Origin: Camelus dromedarius
Taxonomy: Eukaryota
Direction of reading: 5' to 3'
NCBI RefSeq assembly: GCF_036321535.1
Contig: NC_087447.1
Coordinates: forward strand, 45,880,001-45,944,000
Length of the DNA stretch: 64,000 nt
Numbering within the stretch: the first letter of the stretch is position 1; each line of letters begins with the position of its first letter. Positions 1-12,716 of the stretch are shown here, one piece after another. Under the pieces are notes generated by a model. It had not been told where the DNA came from. It saw nothing but the letters and a program-made list of their open reading frames with translations, and made no database searches. Both the position numbers and the translations under genes were made by a program.

Positions 1-350
1 AGGAGTATAAAAGGACTGATTTCATGTTAAATAGTGAAAATTAAACTCCTCCCTCAAAGCAAAGAATAAACCTTAAAGTCAGTGACAAAATATTAAGATA
101 GCCCTTTAAAATTCAAGAAAAGACCAAGATTCCCTATATTATTATCTATATTCAGTTTTGATTCAGGCCTTAGAACACTAAAATAAGTGAGAAAATAACC
201 AGAATGGGACATACAGCTGATATACAAGAATTCCTGCAGAGAATCCCAGATAAAAAATGAACAAATAATTCAAAAGGAAAATAATAATAAATTTTAAAAT
301 ATAAGACAAACTACACTGATTTTAACACAACATACATGCTCGTTAGTCAC
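1..350 (+). mobile_element. Old L1 (L1M) ORF2 remnant
   Basis: aagaccaagattccctatattattatctatattcag resembles the L1 RT-region consensus; heavily diverged. Confidence 0.5.
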
Positions 351-508
351 TCTAATTGAAGAGAGACAATTTTTATCAGTTACATTTACTTGACTATTAT
401 CTTTAAGTTTTTCCTTTTTCCTTGACTAAACAAATCACTCCCAAGCAAATCCAACATGACTGACAGATTTGCTTCCATCTACCAAAACTATGTAGTAGGA
501 GACAAAAG

Positions 509-672
509 TAGCATGTCTCAAAGGGTGGTCTTTGGACCACCAACATAGGCATCACCTGGGAGCTTGTTAAACATATAGTAATTTATGATCCACTCAAGTA
601 TCTTGATGAAAATGTTCATTTTAACAAAATTTTCAAGTGATTCATCTTCACATTGAAGTTTAAAAGACACTT
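509..672 (+). mobile_element. MER5A (hAT-Charlie) DNA transposon relic
   Basis: tctcaaagggtggtc...gcatcacctgggagcttgttaaa...ttttaacaa...gtgattc...aagttt follows the MER5A layout. Confidence 0.7.
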
Positions 673-2773
673 CACTAAACCACTTCTTTATTGCCAAATG
701 TAGAGAATTTGTGTGTGATTGTGTATTGTGAAGGTTGGAAGACTTGCAAAGATCGTAAACAAAAAGTGAAAGCCACAGTGAATTTGTTTCTCTCTAATTT
801 CCAAACTTCTAATTAGATCATAGGTTATTATATTTGAGAAATTAGATATGATTTACACTGCAAAGACTGGTTGGTCACATGTGATTGCTGACCTATGGTT
901 TGCTCCTGTTAATTCCAAAGGGAATCCCTGCCTACAAGTAAGTACAGCATAAAATCTACATAGCCTAACATGGCTGACTCCATCAATTGAATAAACAGGA
1001 TTGAGTAAGAGACTAAAGAGACAAGCAGTAAAGTGGAAGAACATAAGTGCTATACATCACCAACAAGTGGCTGAGCCTATATTTATTAAAACACTTCTGT
1101 AAATCAATTATGGAAAGACAAACAATCCAATGGAAAATGGGCAAACAGCTTCAGTAGATGCTTCAAAAAAAAAAAATAAAAATGACCAATAAACATATGA
1201 ATAGAGAAATATAATTTCATGTCAGAAGAAAATTAATATACAATATTGGTAGCCTGATCTCTTTCAGAACTTGAGATTCTAAATACCTAGCTGATTTGTC
1301 CCAAGAAATGTTGGCAAATGAGCCAAGGGAAAGAGTTGATGAATGGCTGTTGAATTTTAATATGGCCGCCAAGATCTTATCATGCTCAGTTTCCTCAATC
1401 TGAGCCTGCATTATGAGCTCAGTCTTAGATCACTGTTCCTTGAGACAACCCTTTAGAAGATTTCCATGAAGTATGGTGTCATTCATCAGGCATCTCCTGC
1501 TTGTCGTCAACCCCATGGGTTCTCTAGGCTTTATAAGACAGTGCCTACAAAGCAGAAAAGGGGAGTCTAAAGGATACTTCCCAGCTTCTAATCTCTTTCT
1601 TACTTTAGGGTGAACTGTCATCTTGGTGGAAAAAGAGTCACAAAGGAGGTAAGATATAATTCTACTCTTTCAGAATATTTAATATAATTTGCATTCTGTT
1701 TGCTATCTCATTGGATCCTGAAGAGATTTAAAACAAAAACAAATCAAGAGATGCCCATGGAGCCTGAGAATCTTATAGAACTACCAAGAAGAGACAGAAT
1801 GTACACGTTGGTGGGGCTATGTGTCCAGAGATGTTTTAGAAATCCCCAGTCTGAATGATACATGTGACAAGGTATGTATCTCAAACATCACATGATTCAT
1901 TTTCTTTACGTCTCCTGGCAGGTAGATGCATGACCTTGGATAAATTATTATACCTCTAAGAACTATTGTCTTCCCTATAAAGGGAAAAAGATAATCACAT
2001 AAGAACAGAAATGAGAAATCTATGTAAGTCATTTAGCAGGATGTCATATTACTATATAAATTATAAAATAAGAATAAATATATAATAAAATAATTAAATT
2101 TATGTGTGCTTATCCTATAAGTTAAAATTAAATCTCAGTAGTGACTACCTCTGAAAAACAATGCAGTCTTCAAGCAATGCTGAGTAAAAGGCCAGAACAC
2201 AAATGGCCACAGATAATTTTAGCCTCATCTAGCATATTTCAGAAAAGTAAGTTCTATGGCTCAGATAAGGAGTTTCAGAAGATGGGTAAACTCATAATAT
2301 GATGGATATCATGGACTTATCCGCACCCTTGGCCTTTCTCTTAAGTTCCAAACACTTATCTTTAAGCTACAGATCCCCAAGGAAACGAGGTCCATGAACA
2401 GTACTCCTGGGTGTTCATCCATTTAGAGATTGGGAAGAAGAGCAAAATACAGCAAAGGAGCAGTTGGCATAGTACAGAAACATTAAGAGATTATATTTTC
2501 TTAAAAGCTAAGGTTCTTCCATACTCTCAATATTCTTAGAAAAATCTAAGAGTCAACCCTGACAGGTAATTAAAAATGAAGGAGATTAAGTGGATAATTA
2601 AAGTAGAGAGTCAATAATTCCTAGATCATTAACAAAATGGAAATGAAAACTGTAAAGATAATGACTTTGGAAAAGGTAGACACTCTGTGGACAAACTTCC
2701 AAGGAACTGTGTTTTCATATAATAAGAAGAACCAGTGTTTTGTGTTGTTTGAGGAGCACCAAATGAGGAATCT

Positions 2774-2808
2774 AAAACAAAAACAAAAACAAAAACAAAA
2801 ACAAAAAC
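2774..2808. repeat. (AAAAAC)n microsatellite
   Basis: About 5-6 tandem units read directly. Confidence 0.9.
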
Positions 2809-3859
2809 CACAAGCAATCAAAATTCACAGAAATGTTATTTGATAGAATAGATGATGTTCAGTCTAAAAAGGTATAGCTAATAATGGAAGAAATCATTAC
2901 TTGTCTTCAACTTCAGGAAATTACATTCAATTAAATAAACAATTATGAAGCTACTTATTTTCCACTTACTATGCTAGGCTCTGGAATTGCAGTAGTGAAC
3001 AGTATGACCCAGATTCCCTACCCTTATATTCTAGCAGTGGGAGAAGACAGATATCAATTATGTAATAATAATAGAAATCATTAAAGAAACTATTTTGTGT
3101 AAATGGGACTAGATTCTGCACCTGCAAAGAAAAAAAAAAGATGAAAACTTTTAAAAACATTTATCAACTTAATTCAAGGAAGAAAAACAATATGAGTATT
3201 CAAGCATGAAGGCAAAACTTCAGGTAGCAGTTAATACACCAACACTGTGAATAAGCTAGGATATGTTAGTTGATAGTGACCAATGATTTAAAGTGGTTCA
3301 GTACAGACAGGAGAGTAAGACTGCATTTTTTCTAGACGATTTTAACTCTAAGACCTTCAGTTCTGCCATTACTTCAAATGTTAATCCTACTTGAGATATG
3401 CAGATTTGAATATAGGTATAGTTTATGAATCCTTCCCCATTCATTGTAAACTTTGCTTTTTCCCTTCAAGATTTTGCTTTTATAAAACTGAGATAAGAGA
3501 ACCAAAAAATCATAGAGCTGGTTTTGTGAAATTCAGCCATGGGTAGCTGCAGGTTGTGAAAGGATTGTCTGGAATTGTTAATTGTGCAAAGTCCAAATTG
3601 ATTAACCCTTTAACAAAATAGAAACAAATAACCTGGATGAAGAAGCAAATCAGATTCTTCTCATTATTTCTGTGTTTGACTTTTCTTACAGCCTGAACTG
3701 ACAGTAGAAATATAGACCATTTTAAGAAGTCTCTGAAAGTCTTCTTAGTATCTATGATCTACATTGTACCAAAAAGAGACATCTTCTGCCATAACTTTAT
3801 TTAGGAAATTTCCAACTCCACTGAGGTAAGCACCTGGCTAAGTATCTTTTCCATGTGTC

Positions 3860-4801
3860 ATGTCTCCTCTTAACCACACGAACACTGAAGTTCTTAGATT
3901 CCTCCTTATCGGTATCCCTGGACTGGAGAAGGATCACATCTGGATATCTATTCCTTTCTCATCTGTATACCTTCTTTCCCTCCTGGGTAACCTTGCCATC
4001 CTCTTCTTTATCAAGACGGAACCAAGTCTCCATGAACCCATGTACTATTTCCTTTCCATGCTCTCCATCTCTGACCTAAGGTTGTCCATCTCTTTCTTAC
4101 CCACCACTCTGGGACTATTCCTGTTTGGTGTCCATGAAATTCATGCAGCTTCATGCTTTGCCCAGGAGTTCTTTATCCACCTATTCACAGTTACTGAAGC
4201 CTCTGTGCTATCTGTAATGGCATTTGGCCGATATGTGGCCATCCACAACCCTCTGAGATACAGCACAATCTTAACCAGCTCCCGAGTCATCAAAACAATG
4301 GTCTTACTGACTTCCAGAAACATTATCTTGATTCTTCCACTACCCTTTCTGCTGCAACGGCTGACATACTGTCATCAAAACCTGCTCTCACACTCCTACT
4401 GTCTCCACCAGGATGTCATGAAGCTGGCCTGCTCTGACAACAGAGTTAACGTTGTCTATGGACTCTTTGCTGCCCTTTCTACTATTCTGGATTTGTTGTT
4501 TATTACTTTCTCCTACATAATGATCTTAAAGACAGTACTGGGCATTGCAACCCCCAAAGAGCAGCTTAAGGCCCTTAACACCTGCATCTCTCATATCTGT
4601 GCTGTGCTCATCTTCTATGTGCCCATGCTAAGTGCAGCCATGCTCCACCATTTTGCCAGGGGTGTGTCTCCTATGATCCATATTCTCATGGCTGATGTGT
4701 TCCTACTGGTGCCACCCCTGATGAATCCCATCGTGTACTGTGTGAAGACCCATCAAATCCAAGAAAAGATTATGGGGAAACTTTGTCCAAAAAGAAGTTG
4801 A
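3860..4801 (+). CDS. Class I olfactory receptor, OR51A subfamily (313 aa, open ORF; DRY motif altered to GRY)
   Basis: OR motifs GN, LHEPMYYFLS, MAFGRYVAIHNPLRY, SHSYCLHQD, KALNTCISH, PPLMNPIVY; N-glycosylation site NHT; CFAQEFFIH and HNPLRY are OR51A-type; AATAAA at 4844-4849. Confidence 0.9.
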   Translation: MSPLNHTNTEVLRFLLIGIPGLEKDHIWISIPFSSVYLLSLLGNLAILFFIKTEPSLHEPMYYFLSMLSISDLRLSISFLPTTLGLFLFGVHEIHAASCFAQEFFIHLFTVTEASVLSVMAFGRYVAIHNPLRYSTILTSSRVIKTMVLLTSRNIILILPLPFLLQRLTYCHQNLLSHSYCLHQDVMKLACSDNRVNVVYGLFAALSTILDLLFITFSYIMILKTVLGIATPKEQLKALNTCISHICAVLIFYVPMLSAAMLHHFARGVSPMIHILMADVFLLVPPLMNPIVYCVKTHQIQEKIMGKLCPKRS

Positions 4802-5924
4802 TTAAAGGAGTGAGAAAGGGAACACATTTATAAGCAATAACTAAATAAACATTGACTGTGTAACTGGGGGAAAGCATAATATAGAAGACAGAGCTCATAG
4901 AGTGAATAGTTTTTAATATTAAGTATGCTTAGTACCCTCAGTATCTCTGAGAGCTTCGGAAAATTACTTCAGTTCCCTGATTTTCAGATTGGACATCGAA
5001 AAATTCGAGGCTTCAATGACTGGAAGCCTCTGCTTCTTCCTTTTAAGAACAGATGCCAGTAAAATAATATAAAACTTACTGATGTCAATGTCTGTATTAA
5101 AAGTGAAAAAAAAAAGTTTCCATACTTTGTTTCACTTTCCTAGCTAATAAAATCCTATTAAAAGAAAGACTAAAATATTTCTTCTGTTTTTCTTAAGTTT
5201 CACAATGATGTAGTGATCTAATTCCTGAACGCCAAAGCTTCCTATACATATTCACTGATTTAAAAATCTATACATCAACAACATATTTGGATATAAATTC
5301 AAACTAGAAATGCTATTATTCTGTTGTCATATGAGTCAATGAGATTATTACCAAGGGTATTTTTTAAAAAAGCTTCAATGACCATAATTCATTATTTATT
5401 TTAGAGTAGTTTGAAAAATAATAATAATAAACATAAATTTCTCTTCTTCATCTGTGCCTGCTCAGCTCTGGCAATTGTTCTGAAAACTTGTTCCCATATA
5501 TATCTTGCTTCCACTTGTTAGAATCAGCTAATTCTAACTATGTGTGAAGGAGAATCTTTTTATGATTTAAAGAAAATTTTGCAAAGATCTTACTATTTCC
5601 CTCAATCTTTTATTAAGCTAAGATCACACTTTGTCAGTACAAAGACTTCCCTGACCATCTCCAGCCTGGATAGATATTTTTAACTTCTGAACATCAGACA
5701 TCAATCAGTCTAATTGATCATCTCATATATCATATATATTGTCTTGTTATATATCTATATCTTAGGTATCCTAGATGTGCTTAGAATAGTAGGTATCATT
5801 TGTGTATACATACTTGTTTTTTATAATATCTTTACAAGTACTGTGTGTCAGAATCTGAGCTCCAGGAGATTAGTGACTGTCGTATTCACTGCTTTATACC
5901 AGCTACTAGCAAGTGGCTCAAATA

Positions 5925-6181
5925 TTTTCTTTAATTGAAGTATAGTTGATTTACAGTGTTGTATTAGTTTCTGATGTACAGCCTGGTGATTCAGTTATGC
6001 ATATATATATTCTTTTTCATATTTTTTCATTATAGTTTATTACAAGATATTGAACAGTTCACTGTGTTATACAGTAGGACCTTGTTGTTTACCTATTTTA
6101 TATATAGTAGTGTGTATCTGCTAATCTCAAATTCCTAATTTACCCCTCACCAACACCTTTTCCCTTTTGTAATCATAAATT
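5925..6181 (-). mobile_element. Young L1 3' end, 5'-truncated
   Basis: ttaattgaagtatagttgatttac...ttattacaagatattga...cataa; the same sequence recurs at ~28700, ~39250 and ~58680. Confidence 0.85.
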
Positions 6182-6339
6182 AAGCAATCTGTATCCATGT
6201 ACAAGCTCTGTTTGCAAGCTTTGAATTAGCAAGTGATTTATGTTGGCTAAAAGAAATCAAAGCTAAAGTTTTGGTACTCCAGTGTATCAATGCTTTGGTT
6301 AAAGATGTCTAAGTTCCTCTGAACAAAATATGTAAAAGT

Positions 6340-6721
6340 AGTTTAGAGGATGTGTTCTCTGGGAAGCAAATGTTCAGACAGAGTTAGTATGCAGAGTTTA
6401 TGTGAAGGAGAAGGGTTAAAATTAGGATTGGGTAGCGGGAGCTACTAGACCATGATGCAGATATAGTGAAGTCTCTGCTAGACCTAATGGGAGCTCCGGA
6501 GCAGAGATTGATGTATGGAGGAGTCCCCCACTGATCAGAAAGGGCCAAGTACGTATACCACCATTTGCTCATTCATTATCGGGTCACCCAAAGACTGTGG
6601 CTGCGGCTGGAAATCTAAGGTAGACCCTGAAGCATTCTTCAGCTGGCCACACTCCTTGCAACTAGATAACCACTTATTTCTTCAGATGGGATCTGAAAAG
6701 TGTGTGTTTACATCTGTTACA
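6340..6721 (-). mobile_element. LTR33-like (ERVL) solo LTR
   Basis: Reverse strand begins tgtaacag...cagatccc and ends ...gcatactaactctgtctg...gcttcccagagaacac, similar to LTR33. Confidence 0.6.
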
Positions 6722-7998
6722 CCAAATTGGGCTGGTTTACCAAACATTCCTTCAGAGGCTCACCTTTCTTTAAAATCTAATTGAAGGTGATCGGTCAGTA
6801 AAAGAGAACGCTGATCATTCTTTTACTATAATGCTGAAGTTTTTATTTTTTTAAATTTAATATCAGCTTTGTCTCAAAAGTTTCCTAATTCAGTTCCTCA
6901 AAATGTGTATGTAAAAAGAAAATAGACTGGAAGAAGAATTGCTGGGATGTAATCATGAACTGTGTTTGCACCACAACCATTCCAAAAACATGACTGAATA
7001 AAAGTTTCTTAATTTCACAAGAACATTGTTTTACCACATTGTTGTCCTGTAACAAAATATGTATTTATATCATATCTACATTTAAAAATAAATGTATCTC
7101 AAATGTTGAGCTTCTTAACTGGATTCAAAATAGCATTCACAATAAGACTATATGTTTTACAGAATAAAATCTGAACAGAATACATGTTCAAAAACTTTAC
7201 TTTGAGTCATGAATTGGAATAACTAAACAACTTGTATAATTAATTGATTTTCAGAGTGACTTCAGCATTGTGGCAAAATAAGATGCCTCTCATTTATCCT
7301 CTTTCCAACAATGACAACAAAAAAGTATCCATCCATGAACAAAAGTGCCTCTGTGGGAGTTGTGGGATCCAGTACCATATTTCAAGGAACCTGGGAGGGG
7401 TCACACCCACACATTCACTGGGTAATAGGCAAACAGACCTTGATTCTGGCTATTGTCTCCACAACAGCCTATGAACCAGCTCAATACCCTGCCAGTCTTG
7501 GTCTTTTTGCACTTGGAAAACACTGACTGGGGCAGTCACCCACGAATGAAAGAAGCTTTGTGGAATTCCAGATTCCCAGAAAAGTTCCAGCATACCTTTG
7601 GAATAAAAATACAATTTTAGATGTACTGGAGTGTGTAAGAGGAAAAGCTAGATTTTGTCTTCATTACTCCTCCCCCAGGTAGCAAAGTTAAGGGCTAAGT
7701 GAGACCTTCTAGGAGGATGGGGGATGGAGAGAGAGTGGCTGAGTGAACTCCCATATTCCCCAGGTGTGCAGGACCCTGCAAAAGAGACTTATTTCTCTTG
7801 TAGCATCCAGAGTACTAAATCCTACACTCCATGACTGAAGAGAGGAAAGATATCAGGAGAGGTGCAGATAAAATTCTCAGAGGTCATTAAAGGGATGTGG
7901 TCCCTGCTGATGATTTGATGAACTCCATCAGGAAGTCTTTCCATGGGCCAATGGGAAAGCATGATCTGAAGATCCCCCTAACTGGGAAAAAAAGCAAA

Positions 7999-8197
7999 NN
8001 NNNNNNNNNNNNNNNNNNNNNNNNNNNNNNNNNNNNNNNNNNNNNNNNNNNNNNNNNNNNNNNNNNNNNNNNNNNNNNNNNNNNNNNNNNNNNNNNNNNN
8101 NNNNNNNNNNNNNNNNNNNNNNNNNNNNNNNNNNNNNNNNNNNNNNNNNNNNNNNNNNNNNNNNNNNNNNNNNNNNNNNNNNNNNNNNNNNNNNNNN
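7999..8197. other. Assembly gap (N run) in or next to an L1 fragment
   Basis: 199 N. Confidence 0.98.
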
Positions 8198-8306
8198 TGA
8201 GCAGAGGAACTGAATAAACATTTTTCCAAGAAGATATGCAAATGACCAACAGGTACATGAAAAGATGCTCAACATCAGTAATCATCAGGGAAATGCAAAT
8301 CCAAAC
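8198..8306 (+). mobile_element. L1 ORF2 internal fragment
   Basis: gcagaggaactgaataaacatttttccaagaagatatgcaaatg...aaagatgctcaacatc...gaaatgcaaatc. Confidence 0.85.
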
Positions 8307-10854
8307 TGGTTAGGAAACCAATATAATAACTATAAATTAGGCCCATTTTTGGCAAACTAGAATCACAGTCACTCTACCAATGATTTTACTAATGATGCTT
8401 ACTGTGAATCCATTAAGTGTCAGCTATTCTGTTCAGGTCTTTCCTCCAGCTATTTAAATCAATCTGAAAGAACATGGCCAGTGGTAATTAAGAAACCTAT
8501 ATTTTAGACTGAAGGCTGAGAAGGACCTTTTTCCCTAACATGCAAACCAGATTACATTACCAGTTGGTTCTAAAACATGTGAGAATGCCTACTAGTACCA
8601 GGGTCTGTGTAGAAAAAAAGGAGGGAAGAGGTTGCTTTTTTAATATATAAGAGAATAATCTCTCTAGAGATTCAGTAATATGTCCCTAGGTTACTGGCTA
8701 GAAAGTATCAGAGATAAGATTGGAATCAGCTTTTCTTTTATCTGAATCTGAATCAAAACACTGTCTTGTGCAGCACTGCTTTTCACGCAGAGCTAGGTCT
8801 TTCTTACACAATTTCGGAAAATGAATTCATAACTAGAAATGAGAAATGTCCTAACATCTTGAAGATATCCCTTGCCTATGTGCAGGATTGGAGTTTCTCA
8901 GCCTTTCACAGCCTCCAGCTCTAGCCAAGAGCCTTGAGAGCTCTTCAGGGAATTTTCAGCCTCAGCTGAGGCCCCTAGGGAGACGCTGCTGGGCTCTTCA
9001 AAAAGACCCTGTGTGTCAAGCAGGGAATATTCTTGTAGCTGAGTTACCATCTGTCCTGAGTTCTGACAGGAAGTACACACCCCAAGCACTTTTATCTCTA
9101 GCTGTTGGTATTTAGATACGTATTTTAGGAAGAATCACAAGGAACTGCCAGGAACACAAAGAGAACTGGGGCACATATAACCAGAACCATACACAGAGCT
9201 CTCAATCGTAGCTACTTCTGAATCCCCACATCAAATTAGTTAAGGAAGTTTTGAGTAGCAGACAGAATGGGGAGAGGGCTCCTGCGGTTTTGTCCTAGCT
9301 TTGTCGCTGTGTGTGACCTTGTAAAAGTCATCTTCATCATTCGATTCAATTCTTGTCGCCCTTCATCTCTTTTCTCCTCCTTAGGAGTATTAGTACCTTT
9401 ATCTTTAAATTAAAATTGTAATCTCTACCTTGCTTACCTTAAACCTGTATTATAATAATTAAATATTAAAATGGATTTGACAACGCTTTGTAACGATCAA
9501 GCGTTACACTAATATAAGGTCATAATTGTCCTTAGGAATAATTTTGCAGACTGTCACCAGCGCAGCTGCTGATAAGCGTAAACACATTTGTGCAATTATC
9601 TGAAGAATAAAAATGAGGAGTCCGGTGTCATTGAAATCTCTGTCTAACACATCTCTTCTCTGTTTCTGCCACAGACCATAGGTTGACATCCCTTTATCTC
9701 AATAAATTGGAGCTGAAGGGAGGACCAAGTGTGTGTGATATAGTCTAGAAGAGAAATCAGCTGACACTTCTCTGATTCACTAAACTGGAGGTGAGTACCT
9801 TTGAAAAGAAAATGAAGAGTCTCTGCACTAAATAATATTCTGTGTAATTCCTACTGCATCTCATCTCTTTTCTTATCCATTCGTTAATGCACTTGTTCAG
9901 TATAACCTATTAGGTTCCAAATCTGCGCTAGGGTCACAAGACTCTAGTGATGCAGAAATTCCATCACTCTGAGTCTAGTTATATTTGCTTTGATCTTTTT
10001 TTGCCTCACCATACATGGTACACTTGCCTCTTACCTGCACCAAAAATATGGAATATATTTGGAAGAGGAGATAATAACTGGGATGGGATATTACAAATGT
10101 AAATTTTCACTAAGCAGGCAGAATGAACAGTCTCTGTCTGGAGATACAGGAGTGAAATAGATAACCTTTAAATGTTTCTTCTGTTTCTCATACTCTCTGA
10201 AATCTCTCAGTGTGAGCTGGATGGAAACCAGAATCACTGTGAGTCTGCTGGCTGAAAAGCGACATATATATTTAAACTCTTGTTTGCATCTCCACTTAAC
10301 AGATGGAAATTTGTCTCTTCTTTATTATCATTCCTTTTTACAATTCTGTTGCCGTTTTTTTTTGTTGTTGTTTTGTTTTTTCTCCATCACTGTTCTCTCT
10401 CTCAGAGTGAGACTGCATTGTTATCTATGCCACCCACAGGGCACTCCTCAAATCCTATGACTTTTCCTTCTTCCTTCGTAGCCCATCTTCTCTCCAAGTC
10501 TCCACTTCTCTCCTTCATTCTTCCTCTTTCCTAGCTGTGCCTTTTTCTATCCTTTTTCTGTTTCTCCTTTGGGGTCATAAAACAAGAGAGATTTTACTAT
10601 GATATTAATTATTGCATTATTATCTTTTTTATTACTTGATTTGAAGTTTGAATGGCAAAAGCTGGGTATGGACAGTTTTTTCTTTCTTTAGCCTCAAAAC
10701 ACTTCAACGCCTTCTACCTTACTGAGAAAAAAGAAGCTTTTTGAAACAGTACTCTCAAGCTTCCTTCTCTGTTTCTTAAAATATTCTGTCTTCACTCATC
10801 ATGTAGATTTTCTCTTAGAAGAAAAACAATATACACTTTAAAAAATAGTGTTCC

Positions 10855-10946
10855 TTTATTTATTTTTTTAGATTTTTTTCATGGGGGTACTGGGGACTGA
10901 ATCCAGGACCTTGTGATTGCTAAGTGTGTGCTCTACCCAACCCCCC
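10855..10946 (-). mobile_element. Vic-1-like camelid SINE with 5' internal deletion
   Basis: Reverse strand reads gggggg-ttgggtagagcacacacttagc...aaggtcctggattcagtccccagtacc plus A tail; homologous to the copy at 29266 but lacks most of the A-box segment. Confidence 0.75.
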
Positions 10947-11604
10947 AGTATATCCTTTTTACTTATTCCTCCTCACCCACTGATAATTTAAGCTCTTATA
11001 ATCTTTCTCCAATATACTGAAATATTCTCTAAAAAATCAACAATGATCTCGCCATCGTAAGGGCAATGCCTTTTTAAAAACCCACATCCTGCACATCCAT
11101 CTCCTTTTCATGGTCAACAGTAGTGACTTGACTTTAGTGACATTATACACTACTATTTTCATCCTGTTTTTCTGATTCTCCATTCTCTACCTCTTTTCTA
11201 GATCTTATTGTATGTCCTACTCTCATTTAAAATAGTTTCCAGTGTTATGAACTGGGCCCTGGTCTTTCCTTTCCACACTGCACTTGCTAGCAATTTTCCC
11301 CATGTTCTTGAGTGATACCCCGTAGCTCGAGCCTTCACTGAAACAGAGATCACTATATATAATACCCTCTAGACGCTCTCTGCAGTAACTCGTTGTTAAG
11401 CTTACATTCAGCATGCCCCAGCTGAACTCAGTCCCCAGAACATGTTTTCTCTCATCTGTTATGCATATACTAGAAATGGCTGTCCATAGTTATACCAAGG
11501 TACAGCTTTATTTTGTTTTTTCCATTGGTTTATTTTTTTTTTAATTATCTGACTTTTGTAAGAGCTAAAGTGTTACGTAGCAGCAGTAGTGTAGTCGTAG
11601 TAAG

Positions 11605-11860
11605 AAATATGATGTAAAACAGTAAATGTAGACTCTGGAGTGTACTGTCAGAGTTTGAATTCCATCCTAAACCTTTACTTGCTCTGTAACCTTACCCAGG
11701 TTACTTCACCTCCCTGTGCCACAGTTTTCTCACCTGTAATGTACTCCTTAGAACAAAGCCTATCTCATATGAGTGTTGTGAGAGTGAAGCGGCTTAATAA
11801 ACATTAGGCACTTAGGAAGGTGACAGGAACACAATATATTAAATAAGTATTAGCTATTTT
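11605..11860 (+). mobile_element. MIR SINE
   Basis: gactctggag...gagtttgaattcc...gtaacctt...cctccctgtgccacagttttctcacctgtaa core. Confidence 0.75.
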
Positions 11861-12716
11861 AAGCAAATAATATACTAGTCATACTGTATTAGTATACATA
11901 GACCCCATTATAGTGTGGATTGCAATAAATGTGACTGAATAAAAATTCTGAGGGCAAAAGTAAAGGAGAGCATGGTTTCAGGTTTTACAAGGACCGACCT
12001 AAACTGCAGAGGCACAGCTCTCTCTGAGAGCCTCAAGATTTACTTTCCTATGTAAGTACAGATTAGAGGCTTTTCCTGACCATTTCAGGTTCCTCTCTGT
12101 TATTACTGTTTCAGAGCTTGTGCCTCCTTCCTCCGCATCCCTATCCCTTCATCTACCCCAGCTTAACTGCCCTGATGTCAGAAACACACCTCTCTCCTGA
12201 TATTTCTCAGAACCAAGCCCAAAGCACCCTTTCCTAGAATACTTTGTTTTCTGAAGGACATGCCTTCTCAGACATTTCTCAGACTTTAAATTTGCACACC
12301 ACCATTTGCCCCCTCAGCCATCAAAGGCTTTTCTAGTAGATTCAGGAAAGCCATCATTCTGGTCCCAAGTTACAAGTTTAAGGAGTCAACAAACATTTCC
12401 TCAATGCTTTCTGGCATTCCCCTGCAGGCTAGGTACTGTGGAATGAAACGTAGTCTCCATCCAAATTACAAATACATGTAAAAGCTCATGATATGCAACT
12501 GATTCTAGTAAATAGTTATGCAAAGTGGTGTGTAGTGCCAATTCCCCACGTATTATGGCATAGATTCTAAATGCTTTGGTGATTGTATTGAAGTTTTTCT
12601 CATGTGAAAAACGTGCCATCTGAGATGATCTCATTAAACTCCTGAGAGTCCAACACCGATGGACATACCACCATAACACTAAAACACAGGGCATCTGTGA
12701 GCCATGCAAATCCCCT

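Noticed and set aside
1217-1621. Possible MMP26 exons or processed pseudogene (minus-strand ORFs)
   Set aside because: No similarity to the MMP26 sequence I recall or to any protein I recognise
7887-8285. ORFs spanning N-runs (also 39552-40177 and 58975-59385)
   Set aside because: Artefacts of X translation across gaps in L1 sequence
7980-8309. aactgg direct repeat as the TSD of a second tail-less L1 fragment
   Set aside because: Only 6 bp, and the element is interrupted by an N-gap, so it cannot be evaluated
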